49,788 nucleotides of DNA. Source: a virus. Taxonomy: Duplodnaviria; Heunggongvirae; Uroviricota; Caudoviricetes. The position numbers were made by a program, and so were the translations under genes. Below are positions 8,910-18,090 of the stretch, in pieces. The DNA lies in the IMG/VR virus record IMGVR_UViG_2718217868_000004, positions 1 to 49,788 of that record. One strand, given 5' to 3'. Below the pieces are notes generated by a model. It did not search any database, had not been told where the DNA came from, and was given only the letters and a program-made list of their open reading frames with translations. Each line of letters begins with the position of its first letter. Position 1 is the first letter of the stretch.

Positions 8910-9628
8910 GGCTGAATCTCCTGCGGTAGCTCTTTGTGACGGACGCAGATCATCGTCCTGTCTTTGAAATAACCGCGCGCATACGGCGTGATGCAGGATG
9001 GCTGCCCGTACAGATGGTGAAGCAGTTCACCTTCCTCGGTAATGATCCCCGCGTGGTTCCACTTACTGGATTCAACCTGCATGATGACCATACAGCCTGG
9101 CGACGGGTCGCATTCGACAAACCCTTCCCGCTCCCAGTTGTCGAAATACAGGTTGTCCGGGTACTGGCTTTCCCACCATGGGTAATCGACGCGGAAATCG
9201 TTAAGCTTCACGCCTTGGGTGGCATGCCAATCCATTACCAGTCCCCAGCAGTCATTTGAGCCCAGGATAAACGGACGCCCGATAAGGGGTACCGCCTCCG
9301 GCATTATCTCAGCGTATTCGTCGCTATCCGGCGCGTAAATACCCCAGACCACGCCGGAGTTGTTGCATTGCTGGCGATCCAGATCGGATGGAATCGGCCT
9401 TGCTCCATCGCCAGGATGGGAATGGATGACGCGCACAATCGTCCCGATATCTTCGGCGTTCGCCCAATGCTCGCCATCGATGCGGAAATGCTCTGTTGGA
9501 TTTTCGTGAGTGTTTGGTACAGGAATATAGCGCTGGCGACGGCCAGACTGAATAACGAATCCGCAGCTCTCGCGCGGGGATTCATCCAGTGCATGCGCCC
9601 GGATAGCTGCCATTATGGTTTTATTCAT
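8897..9628 (-). CDS. Tail assembly protein K (JAB/MPN plus NlpC/P60 domains)
   Basis: HSHPGDG metalloprotease-like motif and NlpC/P60-like Cys region (SNDCWGLV); lambda K position. Confidence 0.85.
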   Translation of the reverse strand: MNKTIMAAIRAHALDESPRESCGFVIQSGRRQRYIPVPNTHENPTEHFRIDGEHWANAEDIGTIVRVIHSHPGDGARPIPSDLDRQQCNNSGVVWGIYAPDSDEYAEIMPEAVPLIGRPFILGSNDCWGLVMDWHATQGVKLNDFRVDYPWWESQYPDNLYFDNWEREGFVECDPSPGCMVIMQVESSKWNHAGIITEEGELLHHLYGQPSCITPYARGYFKDRTMICVRHKELPQEIQPWRV

Positions 9629-9640
9629 TGGTACGTCCGG

Positions 9641-10411
9641 TTATCTGGAAAAAAGCACGGTGGCTGGATAGCCCCCAAAATCAAGGGTCGCGGTATTAGG
9701 CTCTGCCAGCCCGGCACCAAACCGCTTACGGCAGTCACTCAGGCAGCCGCCGCACACATCCAGCGCCGGGTCAGCGACAGGATTACCCTTCGCATCAAAA
9801 TACGCCGTGCCGTTGTAGGTGCATCCATCGCCGCTCCGGTACTGCCCGCGTAGCGCCCATTCGCAGAGCGAGGTGATTTGTCTGGTTGGGATAACAAGCC
9901 CCTGCAAGTCTGCGGGGCTACTGAGTGACCAGGTAACTACCTCGTCGTCTTCGGAGGTTTTGGTGTCAAGCCAGAAGGTCTGAAGTGTGAACATTGACGA
10001 ATCAGCTGTAGGGTTTGCGCCACCAGGGTAATTCACAGCATCGAGATAGACCGCATAGGTATCGATAATGCTCACCCTGGCGTTAACCATGTCCTTAAAT
10101 TGGAGGCACAGCGCCGTGATATGACCGTCGAGGTTTGAGACGCTGAGAGACGGCTCCGCCGCCTGGTCTGTTGAAAGCTCCAGGCCTGCTACCTGAAACG
10201 GCCAAAAATCGTAGGTATTGCCACCGAATACGATTGGCTTTGGTCCGAGCTTTTCTTCATCACCATTGGCAGCGTCGATCTCTTCCGGTGTATGGGGGAA
10301 AGGTGCGTAGTGGAAACGGTGAATACCGCCACTGAACTCTGAGGCGTCAACTTCAACCAGGCGTACTCTGCCACCCGGTGCCAGCATCGCCGCCTGATCG
10401 ACTAATGCCAT
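9641..10411 (-). CDS. Minor tail protein L
   Basis: 256 aa, lambda L position with C-terminal Cys cluster. Confidence 0.8.
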   Translation of the reverse strand: MALVDQAAMLAPGGRVRLVEVDASEFSGGIHRFHYAPFPHTPEEIDAANGDEEKLGPKPIVFGGNTYDFWPFQVAGLELSTDQAAEPSLSVSNLDGHITALCLQFKDMVNARVSIIDTYAVYLDAVNYPGGANPTADSSMFTLQTFWLDTKTSEDDEVVTWSLSSPADLQGLVIPTRQITSLCEWALRGQYRSGDGCTYNGTAYFDAKGNPVADPALDVCGGCLSDCRKRFGAGLAEPNTATLDFGGYPATVLFSR

Positions 10412-10761
10412 TATGCATACACTCCGTAAGCCCGTTTGATGGTGAACGTCAATTCAGCAAACTTGCTGCTGATCTGATTTTTCCGTACGGAATCGGCGAC
10501 TACCCGATAAAGCCCCTTCTCTTCTCCCGGCGGCGTGATGATGAAGGCCTTCACGGTATGAGCCAGGAGGAAGTCGCGCACTGCGTTTACCTCAGACTCA
10601 CTGCCAACGTGTTTCATTGGCACCTGGATCGCCGTGGAGTTGATGCCGTTCTCGGCCACCTGCTCATAGCCATCACCGAACTGCGCAGCGCGCACCGTTT
10701 GACTATATTCAATCGCCCCAGCACCGAGCTGCGAGCGCCAGCTGTATGTTTCAACTGCCAT
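10411..10761 (-). CDS. Minor tail protein M
   Basis: 116 aa, lambda M position; preceded by hairpin, T-run, RBS, ATG arrangement. Confidence 0.75.
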   Translation of the reverse strand: MAVETYSWRSQLGAGAIEYSQTVRAAQFGDGYEQVAENGINSTAIQVPMKHVGSESEVNAVRDFLLAHTVKAFIITPPGEEKGLYRVVADSVRKNQISSKFAELTFTIKRAYGVYA

Positions 10762-10924
10762 ATTTGCTCCATAAAAAAAGCCACCCGAAGGTGGCTACTG
10801 TCTGAATATCAGGATGTTACAAATCAAAATACCTGGTTATGTTGTGGATTCAGCCCGCCAGTGGTGGGCACTGGCGCATTAATTGCCGACGGTGCGGCTG
10901 ATGGCCTCGGTATAACAGGAGTTT

Positions 10925-11155
10925 ATGATGAGCTTTAACAAAGAAGACCAGCAGGATGAAGCCTTAGCGTTTTTATTAGCTGTTGCCACTGTCGAATCAG
11001 GTGATGCTGGAGCTTTTCGCAAGCGCGTTACTGAGTATATGACGAAGGCCTACGGTGGAGATACATCAAAAATGACGATGCAAGAGCAAGGTCGTGCCGA
11101 GGCGGTATCCAAATTGTACGCCAGGGCTGATAACATCTACCATCGCATCAAATAA
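10925..11155 (+). CDS. Hypothetical small protein on the opposite strand inside the tail operon, followed by its own terminator
   Basis: 76-aa ORF; strong plus-strand hairpin CCCCGG-ttaag-CCGGGG plus TTTT right after the stop. Confidence 0.5.
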   Translation: MMSFNKEDQQDEALAFLLAVATVESGDAGAFRKRVTEYMTKAYGGDTSKMTMQEQGRAEAVSKLYARADNIYHRIK

Positions 11156-11161
11156 TGCTTT

Positions 11162-11182
11162 GCCCCGGTTAAGCCGGGGTTT
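11162..11182 (+). terminator. Rho-independent terminator for the 10925-11155 gene
   Basis: Perfect 6-bp GC stem followed by a T-run. Confidence 0.55.
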
Positions 11183-11426
11183 TCAATCCGGCAATTGCCT
11201 TACTGGCATATTCTTTGGCGCGTGCTTCGACTTCGGCAAAAGAGCTGCCTGGATTGAAATCCTCCTGATAGATAAACACCAGTTCATGAGGCGCATTGAT
11301 TTGCTCCAGCTTGCAAACTGTAATTTTGGTTCTGACAGTCTTTATCATTTTAATTTCTAAATCGGGATCGAAGCTTACAGATTCAAATCGCGAACCCATT
11401 TCAGGGAATCCTACAGTCATTTCCAT
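11169..11426 (-). CDS. Hypothetical protein (cassette between tape measure and M)
   Basis: 85-aa ORF with AGGAGAA RBS 5 nt upstream of the ATG. Confidence 0.5.
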   Translation of the reverse strand: MEMTVGFPEMGSRFESVSFDPDLEIKMIKTVRTKITVCKLEQINAPHELVFIYQEDFNPGSSFAEVEARAKEYASKAIAGLKTPA

Positions 11427-11456
11427 AACGTTCTCCTGCCTCTCGGCTACAGATAT

Positions 11457-11480
11457 AAAAAAGCCCCGCGTATGCGAGGC
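11457..11480 (-). terminator. Intrinsic terminator, GCCCCGC-N4-GCGAGGC family
   Basis: Minus-strand stem GCCUCGC/GCGGGGC with one G-U pair followed by a U-run; near-identical copies near 28887 and 30758. Confidence 0.5.
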
Positions 11481-11529
11481 TTAATATTGGTTGAAAGCAT
11501 GGGAGGGAAGGTCATCAAACCATTTTGGT

Positions 11530-11979
11530 TTAACTTCCATTCATTTCTTCAAGGCGGTAATCAGTCTTCCCATTTTTATCTTCGATGCATATAGCTCTGA
11601 ATTTCTGCTCAAGCCCAAATTTGTTCTTGGCACTAAATTCCTGAGTTGCGTAGAACTTCCCGTCATTACTCTGCCACCTTTTTGCGCCAAACACAGACAT
11701 ATCCAGAGTGCTTTTGTTGATGACCGACATTCTAACGTAGGCCTCACACGCCCCCCGAAGTTCATCCAGTTTCTTGTCAGATAACTCTTTGGCTTCCTTT
11801 TGTTTCTTTTCCGCCTCAGTTGGCTTATTAACTACAGCAGCAATGCCGACCACAACGATAAGAAGAATAAGCATCCCGATGGTTTTGAGAATCTTCTTCA
11901 ATATCTTTTTAAGCATTATCATCCCCTGATCACTATGGTTTTCCTCATAATAACCAGGGGATGTGAGAATGTAACGCAA
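11530..11979 (-). CDS. Hypothetical membrane-anchored protein; probable true start near 11922
   Basis: N-terminal TM helix (IGMLILLIVVVGIAAVV) then a Lys/Glu-rich domain; AT-rich DNA; the track start is TTG, an internal ATG with GGGGA RBS is more likely. Confidence 0.5.
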   Translation of the reverse strand: MRYILTSPGYYEENHSDQGMIMLKKILKKILKTIGMLILLIVVVGIAAVVNKPTEAEKKQKEAKELSDKKLDELRGACEAYVRMSVINKSTLDMSVFGAKRWQSNDGKFYATQEFSAKNKFGLEQKFRAICIEDKNGKTDYRLEEMNGS

Positions 11980-11989
11980 CTCTATGATA

Positions 11990-14900
11990 TTACTTTTTCA
12001 CAAAGCGGCCACCAATCGCTCCATCATCTCTGATTGCTCTGACGATGCCTTCTTGGACATACTGCTTCACACGATCAGCCAGCGCGCGAGCAGCCGCGTC
12101 ACCACCACCGCTGGTATTTGCAGTCGCGTTACCTTTGTTATCGACATAAATATCAACGTTGATTTGATGTCCGGAACCACCAGCGCCTTGGGCACGCACA
12201 CCCAACCGCCCTGCTGAATCTTTAGCTAACGGCATAATAGCTTCCGGCCCTGCCTCTCCAAAGACGCCGCCCTTGGCAAACTTAGAGGCCCCCTGGAAGG
12301 AGAAGTATTGCGGGGAATCATAGACACCGTTCACATACTGGTGAAGGCCCGCTGATTCGTAGACACCACCCTTAGCATTCCTGACTGGCCCGACGAAATC
12401 TGGACTGCCGATACCGCCACCTTGAGGATTTGAAGAGCCACTTATCCACCCCATTGCCGCCTGCACCGCATAGGCCACCATGAGGCGGTTCGTCACATCA
12501 AGGATCATCTTGAGCATGGATTTGCCAAACTCTTTAACCGACGCAGTGCCGGTTGTCATGAGTTCGGTTAGCATGTCGGACAATCCTGTCAAAGTGGAGC
12601 TGGCAACGTTCTTAACGGCGTCGTATGTATTGGTAGCAGCGTCGAGATATTCATTCCAGCCACTTACCGCACCTGCTTTCCAGTCGCCCCGTAATTTGTC
12701 CTCTTCGGCATAATATTTCCTGAGAGCCGCCAGTTCTTTTTTATAACCGGCATCGTCAAGCTTACCGCCACCGTTGAGCCAGCCCTGGCGAAGCTGCGCC
12801 TCTTCCATCATGCGCTGCGTTTGCCGACTGCTGAGACCTGCACTATCACGCAATGCATCGGTTTTTTCCGACATCTGCGTGACGTATTTATTCGCCTGCT
12901 GCGCCAGGCCGTTAATCTTCTGCTGCGCCTCTACTTCCTTGTTCTTCTGATCCACCACCTTGGCGGCGTTCAGAATGGCCTCACGGCTCGACAGTAGAGA
13001 TTTCTCCTGGGCGGTCAGCGCGCGTGTTTTGGCAGCCTCATCCAATTCAGCAAAGCGAGATTGCTGTTTGCTGAATTCGGTATATCTGACCTGAGTCTCC
13101 CCAGTCTTGCGCAACGTTTCGAGTGTTTCAGTTAACGTTCTGGCCTGGGCGCGGTAGTTCTCAAGAGTGCGATCGCCAGCATCCAGCGTGGCTTTTGCCT
13201 CTTTGGTCTTTTTGGCTGAGTCTTGTGCAAGCTTCGAGACTGCGTCTCTTGATTCTCGACTTGTTCCTCCATCACCTTTTACGTTAGACCCTCGCGCTTC
13301 AGCCTCATAGTTTGCCTGTGCGTTAGGCGCAGTGACGCGCTTCCAAAGCTCGTTATAGCGTTTTTTGTTCGCCTCAATCTCTTTGTCCGCCTCCGCTCCA
13401 GCCTTTTTCATTGCCTCAACGTCCATGCCGAGGAAATTAGCCAGCGCACCGCCACCCGGGATTTTGTCTGCCCAGCCAGCGATGGTGCTGGTGAACTTGG
13501 CGTCCAGAGAGGTGATATTGAGGAACAAGTCTTTGATCGAGGATTTAACCAGTTCGAAAATATCAATGATCTGGTTTCCCCATGCGCGCACGGTAATACC
13601 TATATCGCCAAAGGTGTCAGAAGCGCTCTTTTTAAGGTTTTCCCACGTTTGACCGATATTATCGGTCGCTTTGTTGGTCTCCTCTGCGCGCTTTGCCATG
13701 ACGCCTGCAAACAGCTCAATAGCTTCGGTAACAGCCGCCTGCTCACCCTTCTGCTTACGTAGCTGGATAATGTGCTTGATCATGGCTTCATCAACGAAAC
13801 CATATTGTTCATTGAGGCTGGCAAGCCCTTTAACCGGATCGCTGACAATCTTTCCGAAGTCGCTTATTGCCGCTTTGGTATCATTTCCGGCCTTACCCAT
13901 GAGGGTGATGGTCGTTGCGACCTGCTTCATCTGGCTTGCGGTATATTTGCCAGTATCATTCAACGTAACCAGCGTATCGACGGTGGAGCTAATCGATGTA
14001 TTCGTCTTGCCAGCCACTTCCTCAGCGGCCTGGTTGAGCTGCTGCATTGAGGAGAAGCCAGCCCCACCCATCATGATGACAGAGCGTGCCACCTGCTCAA
14101 ATTGCTCCGAGGAGTTATACGCTGCGGCAGCCAGCAGGCCGATCGTGCCAATCAGCCCACCAAGTGCGATTGTGGTAGGGTTAATCATCCCAGCCATGCT
14201 GCGGATGTATTCGCCGACGCCGGACAGCGCCCCCTGAACCGAGCCGAACTGGTCTTTAATCTGCCCGCCCTGTTGCAGCAGAATCAGGAACGGCGACTGA
14301 CCGCCAGCCAGCTGCGTGGCGATATCGGTGAATTGCGCCGGAAGCGTGCGCATTGCTGCGCTGTACTGACCAACGGAGATTCCAGCGCGCCGGGCAGCAG
14401 CTTCCTGCCGGGATAGCGCCTCTGGTAGTACGTCAGCGACACCAGAGAGGCGCTCACGCGTCTGGTTAAGGATTGTGTTGAAGTGCTCGAACTGAGCACC
14501 GTTAATGCGCCCAGCTTCGAAATGTGCCACCAGCTGTGCGTGCTGTTCATCCAACGAATTGAACGCGCGGATAGTCGGGTCGATGGATCCAAGAAGGTTC
14601 TTTAACGCTGCGGACTGCTTCTCTGCCGCCTGGGTAGCGGCTAATTCGGCCTGAGCACGCGCCGCGGCTTCTCCGGTGTCGGTCAGCTTGAGGCGGGTGT
14701 CATCCAGGATTTTGTTGTATGCCTGAAAGGTATCGGTATCCAGGAAACCTTTGGCCTGGAATTTCCGCAGCGATTCTTGCTGCTCATCCAGGCGGTTTAA
14801 GGCCTTGGTAACCGGGTCGATATTCTCCAGCAGCCCTTTGAGCGCGTTCTGCTGCTCCTTGAGTCCTTCGCTGCCTTGCTTCGCAGATTCAGCGCCAGCG

Positions 14901-15037
14901 CGAAACACGCTATTCAGATCATCTGCTTTATCTACAGCACCGGCCGCCGCCTGGCCGAGTTTATCCAGTTCGTTGCTGGCTGTTTTCAGGTCAGAAACAT
15001 CGGCCCGCAAAGTAATCGAGGCGATCTGGTCTGTCAT
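11990..15037 (-). CDS. Tail tape measure protein
   Basis: 1015 aa, Ala/Gln/Lys-rich coiled-coil-like sequence with Gly-rich C-terminus; follows the G/GT chaperones. Confidence 0.9.
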   Translation of the reverse strand: MTDQIASITLRADVSDLKTASNELDKLGQAAAGAVDKADDLNSVFRAGAESAKQGSEGLKEQQNALKGLLENIDPVTKALNRLDEQQESLRKFQAKGFLDTDTFQAYNKILDDTRLKLTDTGEAAARAQAELAATQAAEKQSAALKNLLGSIDPTIRAFNSLDEQHAQLVAHFEAGRINGAQFEHFNTILNQTRERLSGVADVLPEALSRQEAAARRAGISVGQYSAAMRTLPAQFTDIATQLAGGQSPFLILLQQGGQIKDQFGSVQGALSGVGEYIRSMAGMINPTTIALGGLIGTIGLLAAAAYNSSEQFEQVARSVIMMGGAGFSSMQQLNQAAEEVAGKTNTSISSTVDTLVTLNDTGKYTASQMKQVATTITLMGKAGNDTKAAISDFGKIVSDPVKGLASLNEQYGFVDEAMIKHIIQLRKQKGEQAAVTEAIELFAGVMAKRAEETNKATDNIGQTWENLKKSASDTFGDIGITVRAWGNQIIDIFELVKSSIKDLFLNITSLDAKFTSTIAGWADKIPGGGALANFLGMDVEAMKKAGAEADKEIEANKKRYNELWKRVTAPNAQANYEAEARGSNVKGDGGTSRESRDAVSKLAQDSAKKTKEAKATLDAGDRTLENYRAQARTLTETLETLRKTGETQVRYTEFSKQQSRFAELDEAAKTRALTAQEKSLLSSREAILNAAKVVDQKNKEVEAQQKINGLAQQANKYVTQMSEKTDALRDSAGLSSRQTQRMMEEAQLRQGWLNGGGKLDDAGYKKELAALRKYYAEEDKLRGDWKAGAVSGWNEYLDAATNTYDAVKNVASSTLTGLSDMLTELMTTGTASVKEFGKSMLKMILDVTNRLMVAYAVQAAMGWISGSSNPQGGGIGSPDFVGPVRNAKGGVYESAGLHQYVNGVYDSPQYFSFQGASKFAKGGVFGEAGPEAIMPLAKDSAGRLGVRAQGAGGSGHQINVDIYVDNKGNATANTSGGGDAAARALADRVKQYVQEGIVRAIRDDGAIGGRFVKK

Positions 15038-15324
15038 TATTTCGTCTCCTTATGCATTACCTTGAGAGCCTCGCTTTCCATAATTTGAAGGTCAGCCATG
15101 CAGGCCGCCGCATCCTCAACCCCGTGTAACTCGAACATCCAGGGGAGAACGTTGTAATCAAGGCCGGTCGCCCCGCTCGCGCCGACTCGCCACTGGGTCG
15201 CCAGGGAAGAGAAGATGGTGAAGGACCTCCACACCGAGGGCAGGATCCCCACCTCTTCCTCCACGTCCTCAGGCGTCAAACCAAAAGCGCTCAGCTCCGC
15301 GAGCGTCGGTCCCGGCGTATACAA
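15037..15324 (-). CDS. Tail assembly chaperone frameshift extension (T-like part of a G-T fusion)
   Basis: ORF is in the -1 frame relative to G and stays open across the A-AAA-AAC heptamer at the end of G. Confidence 0.65.
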   Translation of the reverse strand: MYTPGPTLAELSAFGLTPEDVEEEVGILPSVWRSFTIFSSLATQWRVGASGATGLDYNVLPWMFELHGVEDAAACMADLQIMESEALKVMHKETK

Positions 15325-15341
15325 TGCTGCGGCGACCTGCC

Positions 15342-15680
15342 TCAGTTTTTTTCGCGGATACCCATCAGCTCTTTGGTGTATGCCAGACCGATGCTGTCGA
15401 ACGCGCGCGGGTAGTTCTGAAGAAGGACAATAACGTTGTCGCGGGTGAACTCGTCAGGTAGTGCCCACCCCTCGACAATTTCCATGAGGTAGTCGGCCTG
15501 CGGCTCGATAGCAGCCTTTTTACCTTCAGCCGACTTTTGCAGCTTTTCATCCATAGAGCGCAGCTCTTCCAGCGTCTTATGGCGGAAAGTGAACGTCAGC
15601 TTGCCGTCTTCGGCACCAGCGCGTGGAATGTTCGCGGTCACAGAAAAAGTTGGGTTGGGGATCAGAGAAAATTTGGTCAT
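15342..15680 (-). CDS. Tail assembly chaperone G
   Basis: 112-aa acidic protein directly upstream of the frameshift site and tape measure gene; AAGGAA RBS. Confidence 0.75.
   Translation of the reverse strand: MTKFSLIPNPTFSVTANIPRAGAEDGKLTFTFRHKTLEELRSMDEKLQKSAEGKKAAIEPQADYLMEIVEGWALPDEFTRDNVIVLLQNYPRAFDSIGLAYTKELMGIREKN
15345..15351 (-). other. Programmed -1 ribosomal frameshift slippery heptamer A-AAA-AAC
   Basis: Heptamer is the last codons of G (GAA AAA AAC TGA); the -1 frame continues into the 15037-15324 ORF. Confidence 0.6.
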
Positions 15681-15745
15681 TTCGGTTCCTTAGAAAAGAA
15701 AAACCCGCCGTAGCGGGTTGAATATTCGAGTGCGTGATGGGGGTG

Positions 15746-16612
15746 TTATCGTTTGTACAGCAGACCGCCTGGCTTCAGCGCATTGAGGAGAGCATCGTTC
15801 ACCGCTTCGTGTATCGCCTGTTGCAAGCCAACTACTGAAGCTGTTTGCGCATCAATCTTTGCCTGGAGGGCTGCGAACAAATCGCTTTCGCGTACGGCGG
15901 AGATAATGGCTTCGCACATCTCATCATTGAGGCTGGTTTTGGTGGCATTATTGCCATCAGCGGGATTAGCTCCATCATGACTAATTGCCCCAGGGAAACC
16001 ACCAAAAGCCAGACCATCATTGAAGGCCGTCTCTTCATTATTGCTGGCTGATTGAGCGGCTTCATTCAGCTTAAAGCGGTCAGCCTCAAACACGACCTTG
16101 CGCTGGTCACCTTCAATGCAGACGGCCATGCCAGCAACGTGCAGTTTGCCGCCGTGGTTCACGTTCATCTTTACGCTATAGTTGGCAGACACTGCGGCAT
16201 CACCAATCATCGTATCGGTAATATGCACCTGACAGTGAATCGGCGTTCCGTTTATCAACTTTTCAAATGCTTTGCTGCTGCGAATCTCTTCACAAATTTC
16301 ATCGAGCGCCTTTTGAGCGCATTCAAGCTCAACCCCGAGCGGGGAGTAGTATTCCTGCTTCACCGTCTCACCAAAGCGCGTATTGACCAGGTGCTTAATA
16401 GCAAACTCCTGCCCTTCAGCAGTCAGGAACGTAAAATGATTTACCTTCCCATAGGCTGTTGCTGTGAGTCGGGTTTCAGCCAACCCCAGCTCGCGAAGCT
16501 GTGCTGCACCAGATTTAGATGGCAGCTCGCCACTTTGCAGCGCACCACGGAAAAACAGCGCATACAGAACATCAGTCGCCGCACCGGACAACGTAATAAT
16601 TTTCTGACCCAT
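15746..16612 (-). CDS. Hypothetical protein between major tail gene and G (atypical position)
   Basis: 288-aa ORF with AAGGAAA RBS; flanked by terminator-like hairpins; preceded by a structured intergenic leader of about 120 nt. Confidence 0.55.
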   Translation of the reverse strand: MGQKIITLSGAATDVLYALFFRGALQSGELPSKSGAAQLRELGLAETRLTATAYGKVNHFTFLTAEGQEFAIKHLVNTRFGETVKQEYYSPLGVELECAQKALDEICEEIRSSKAFEKLINGTPIHCQVHITDTMIGDAAVSANYSVKMNVNHGGKLHVAGMAVCIEGDQRKVVFEADRFKLNEAAQSASNNEETAFNDGLAFGGFPGAISHDGANPADGNNATKTSLNDEMCEAIISAVRESDLFAALQAKIDAQTASVVGLQQAIHEAVNDALLNALKPGGLLYKR

Positions 16613-16733
16613 GATTTATTTCCTTTTAGGCGTGAGCCTGTCGCACGGCAATGCCGCCGAAAGTTAACGGTTTGCCCAGGCTCACAGCTGAAAGACTTTC
16701 TTCGATGTGCGCGTGCGATGCGCAGATGTGTTA

Positions 16734-17069
16734 TTACCAGGAAGCTTCGTATGCGATGTTCGTCAGCTCATCTGACAGTTCGCTGATGGAGTAAGCGATA
16801 GCCATCTTCTGTTCCCTGCTGAACGACGGCCAAAGTTGACGCAAAGATTCAGTGAGTTGATGTTGCCAGTGTCCATCACCGCTTAGATCTTCCCATCCAT
16901 CAGGCAGGAGACAGAGCCCACGACCGTAAAGCTCCTCTTCCGGGGTAAGGGGCGGCCGAGCGGCTGCCGTATTTACTGGGCCATCACCCCAATTGCCGAT
17001 AACTATTTTCCCGCCACCAGCCATATTGACTGTCATCCCAACCTCACTGATCTCAATTGTTCCGCTCAT
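16734..17069 (-). CDS. Hypothetical protein between major tail gene and G
   Basis: 111-aa ORF; GGAG RBS; preceded by hairpin GCCCGG-ctta-CCGGGC plus T-run. Confidence 0.5.
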   Translation of the reverse strand: MSGTIEISEVGMTVNMAGGGKIVIGNWGDGPVNTAAARPPLTPEEELYGRGLCLLPDGWEDLSGDGHWQHQLTESLRQLWPSFSREQKMAIAYSISELSDELTNIAYEASW

Positions 17070-17111
17070 GGGTTACTCCAAAAAAAAGCCCGGCTTACCG
17101 GGCCTGATTGG

Positions 17112-18044
17112 TTAGCTGACCGTGACAGTACACGCAGCCGAGGTGATGGTTTTGCCCGCGGCGTCGGTGACTTCACAGGTGTAAACGCCAGCATCACCGG
17201 ATGCGACAGACGAAATGTTGAACGTCGATGCGGTTTTGCCCGGAATAGCGGTGCTGCCTTTCTTCCAAACGTAGGTGTAAGGTGCTGAGCCGCCCTTCAT
17301 TACCACTGCCAGATCCAGCGCTGCGCCTGTGGCAACGGACTTGGTGGCCGGCAGGTCGGTCAGGAACGCCAACGGCGTCACAGATGAATCGGCGATCGGG
17401 TAAATCTGCATGTCCGATTCGAAGTTCATACGCGCTTCGTTGCTTTCTACGGCGTTGATTTCGGTCTTTGGTACCTTCTGGAATGAGACTTTCGCAGAAT
17501 AGTAACGGTCTGCCTTACCGCGCTGGTTGTGGAACCAGATTGCCGTCGTATCGCTCGACTCATCCAGCTCGATCAGACGTTTGTAGATAGCCAGCAGCGG
17601 GTCATGTGCGAAGGTGTAGACCTGAACCACTGCGTTTTTGAATGTTGGAATAGTACGGGCCTTATCATCCTCAAGGAACTGCACGCTGATGGTCTGCTGG
17701 TCACCGCCTTCGGTGGACAAGGTCATGACCTGCGGCATGGTGATCCATGAGTCTATTTTGCGCAGCGTGCCCGCGCCGGTACCAGCAGGAAACTTCGTAG
17801 TATCTGTGGTATCGAAGGATTCCAGTACAATTTTGGTGGTGGTGACTGATTTAACGCGCAGCACCATGTTATCGAGCTTTAGCCAACCAGAATTCACCTG
17901 AACCACGTCGCCCGCCAGTAAGCCAGCAGCCGAGGCAGTGGTCAGTTCACATTCCGTTGCATTGGAGGCTGCAGTAAAGGTAATTGGGGCCTGATATGCC
18001 CTGGCCACGTTCACACGTGAACCATTAGGGATTGCGAATGCCAT
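17112..18044 (-). CDS. Major tail protein with C-terminal Ig-like domain (track start 18248 is over-extended)
   Basis: Internal ATG at 18044 with AGGAGAG RBS; C-terminal segment looks like a bacterial Ig-like domain; position before the chaperones. Confidence 0.7.
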   Translation of the reverse strand: MAFAIPNGSRVNVARAYQAPITFTAASNATECELTTASAAGLLAGDVVQVNSGWLKLDNMVLRVKSVTTTKIVLESFDTTDTTKFPAGTGAGTLRKIDSWITMPQVMTLSTEGGDQQTISVQFLEDDKARTIPTFKNAVVQVYTFAHDPLLAIYKRLIELDESSDTTAIWFHNQRGKADRYYSAKVSFQKVPKTEINAVESNEARMNFESDMQIYPIADSSVTPLAFLTDLPATKSVATGAALDLAVVMKGGSAPYTYVWKKGSTAIPGKTASTFNISSVASGDAGVYTCEVTDAAGKTITSAACTVTVS

Positions 18045-18090
18045 AGCACTCTCCTGAAAAAAGATAATAAAAAACCCACCAGGTGGCGGG

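Noticed and set aside
12480-14416. Several plus-strand ORFs inside the tape measure gene
   Set aside because: All lie antisense within a 3-kb ORF with clear tape-measure character; no independent signals.
16052-16786. 244-aa plus-strand ORF opposite the 288-aa gene
   Set aside because: Cys/Arg-rich translation that looks non-protein-like; the minus-strand ORF has a proper RBS and flanking terminators.
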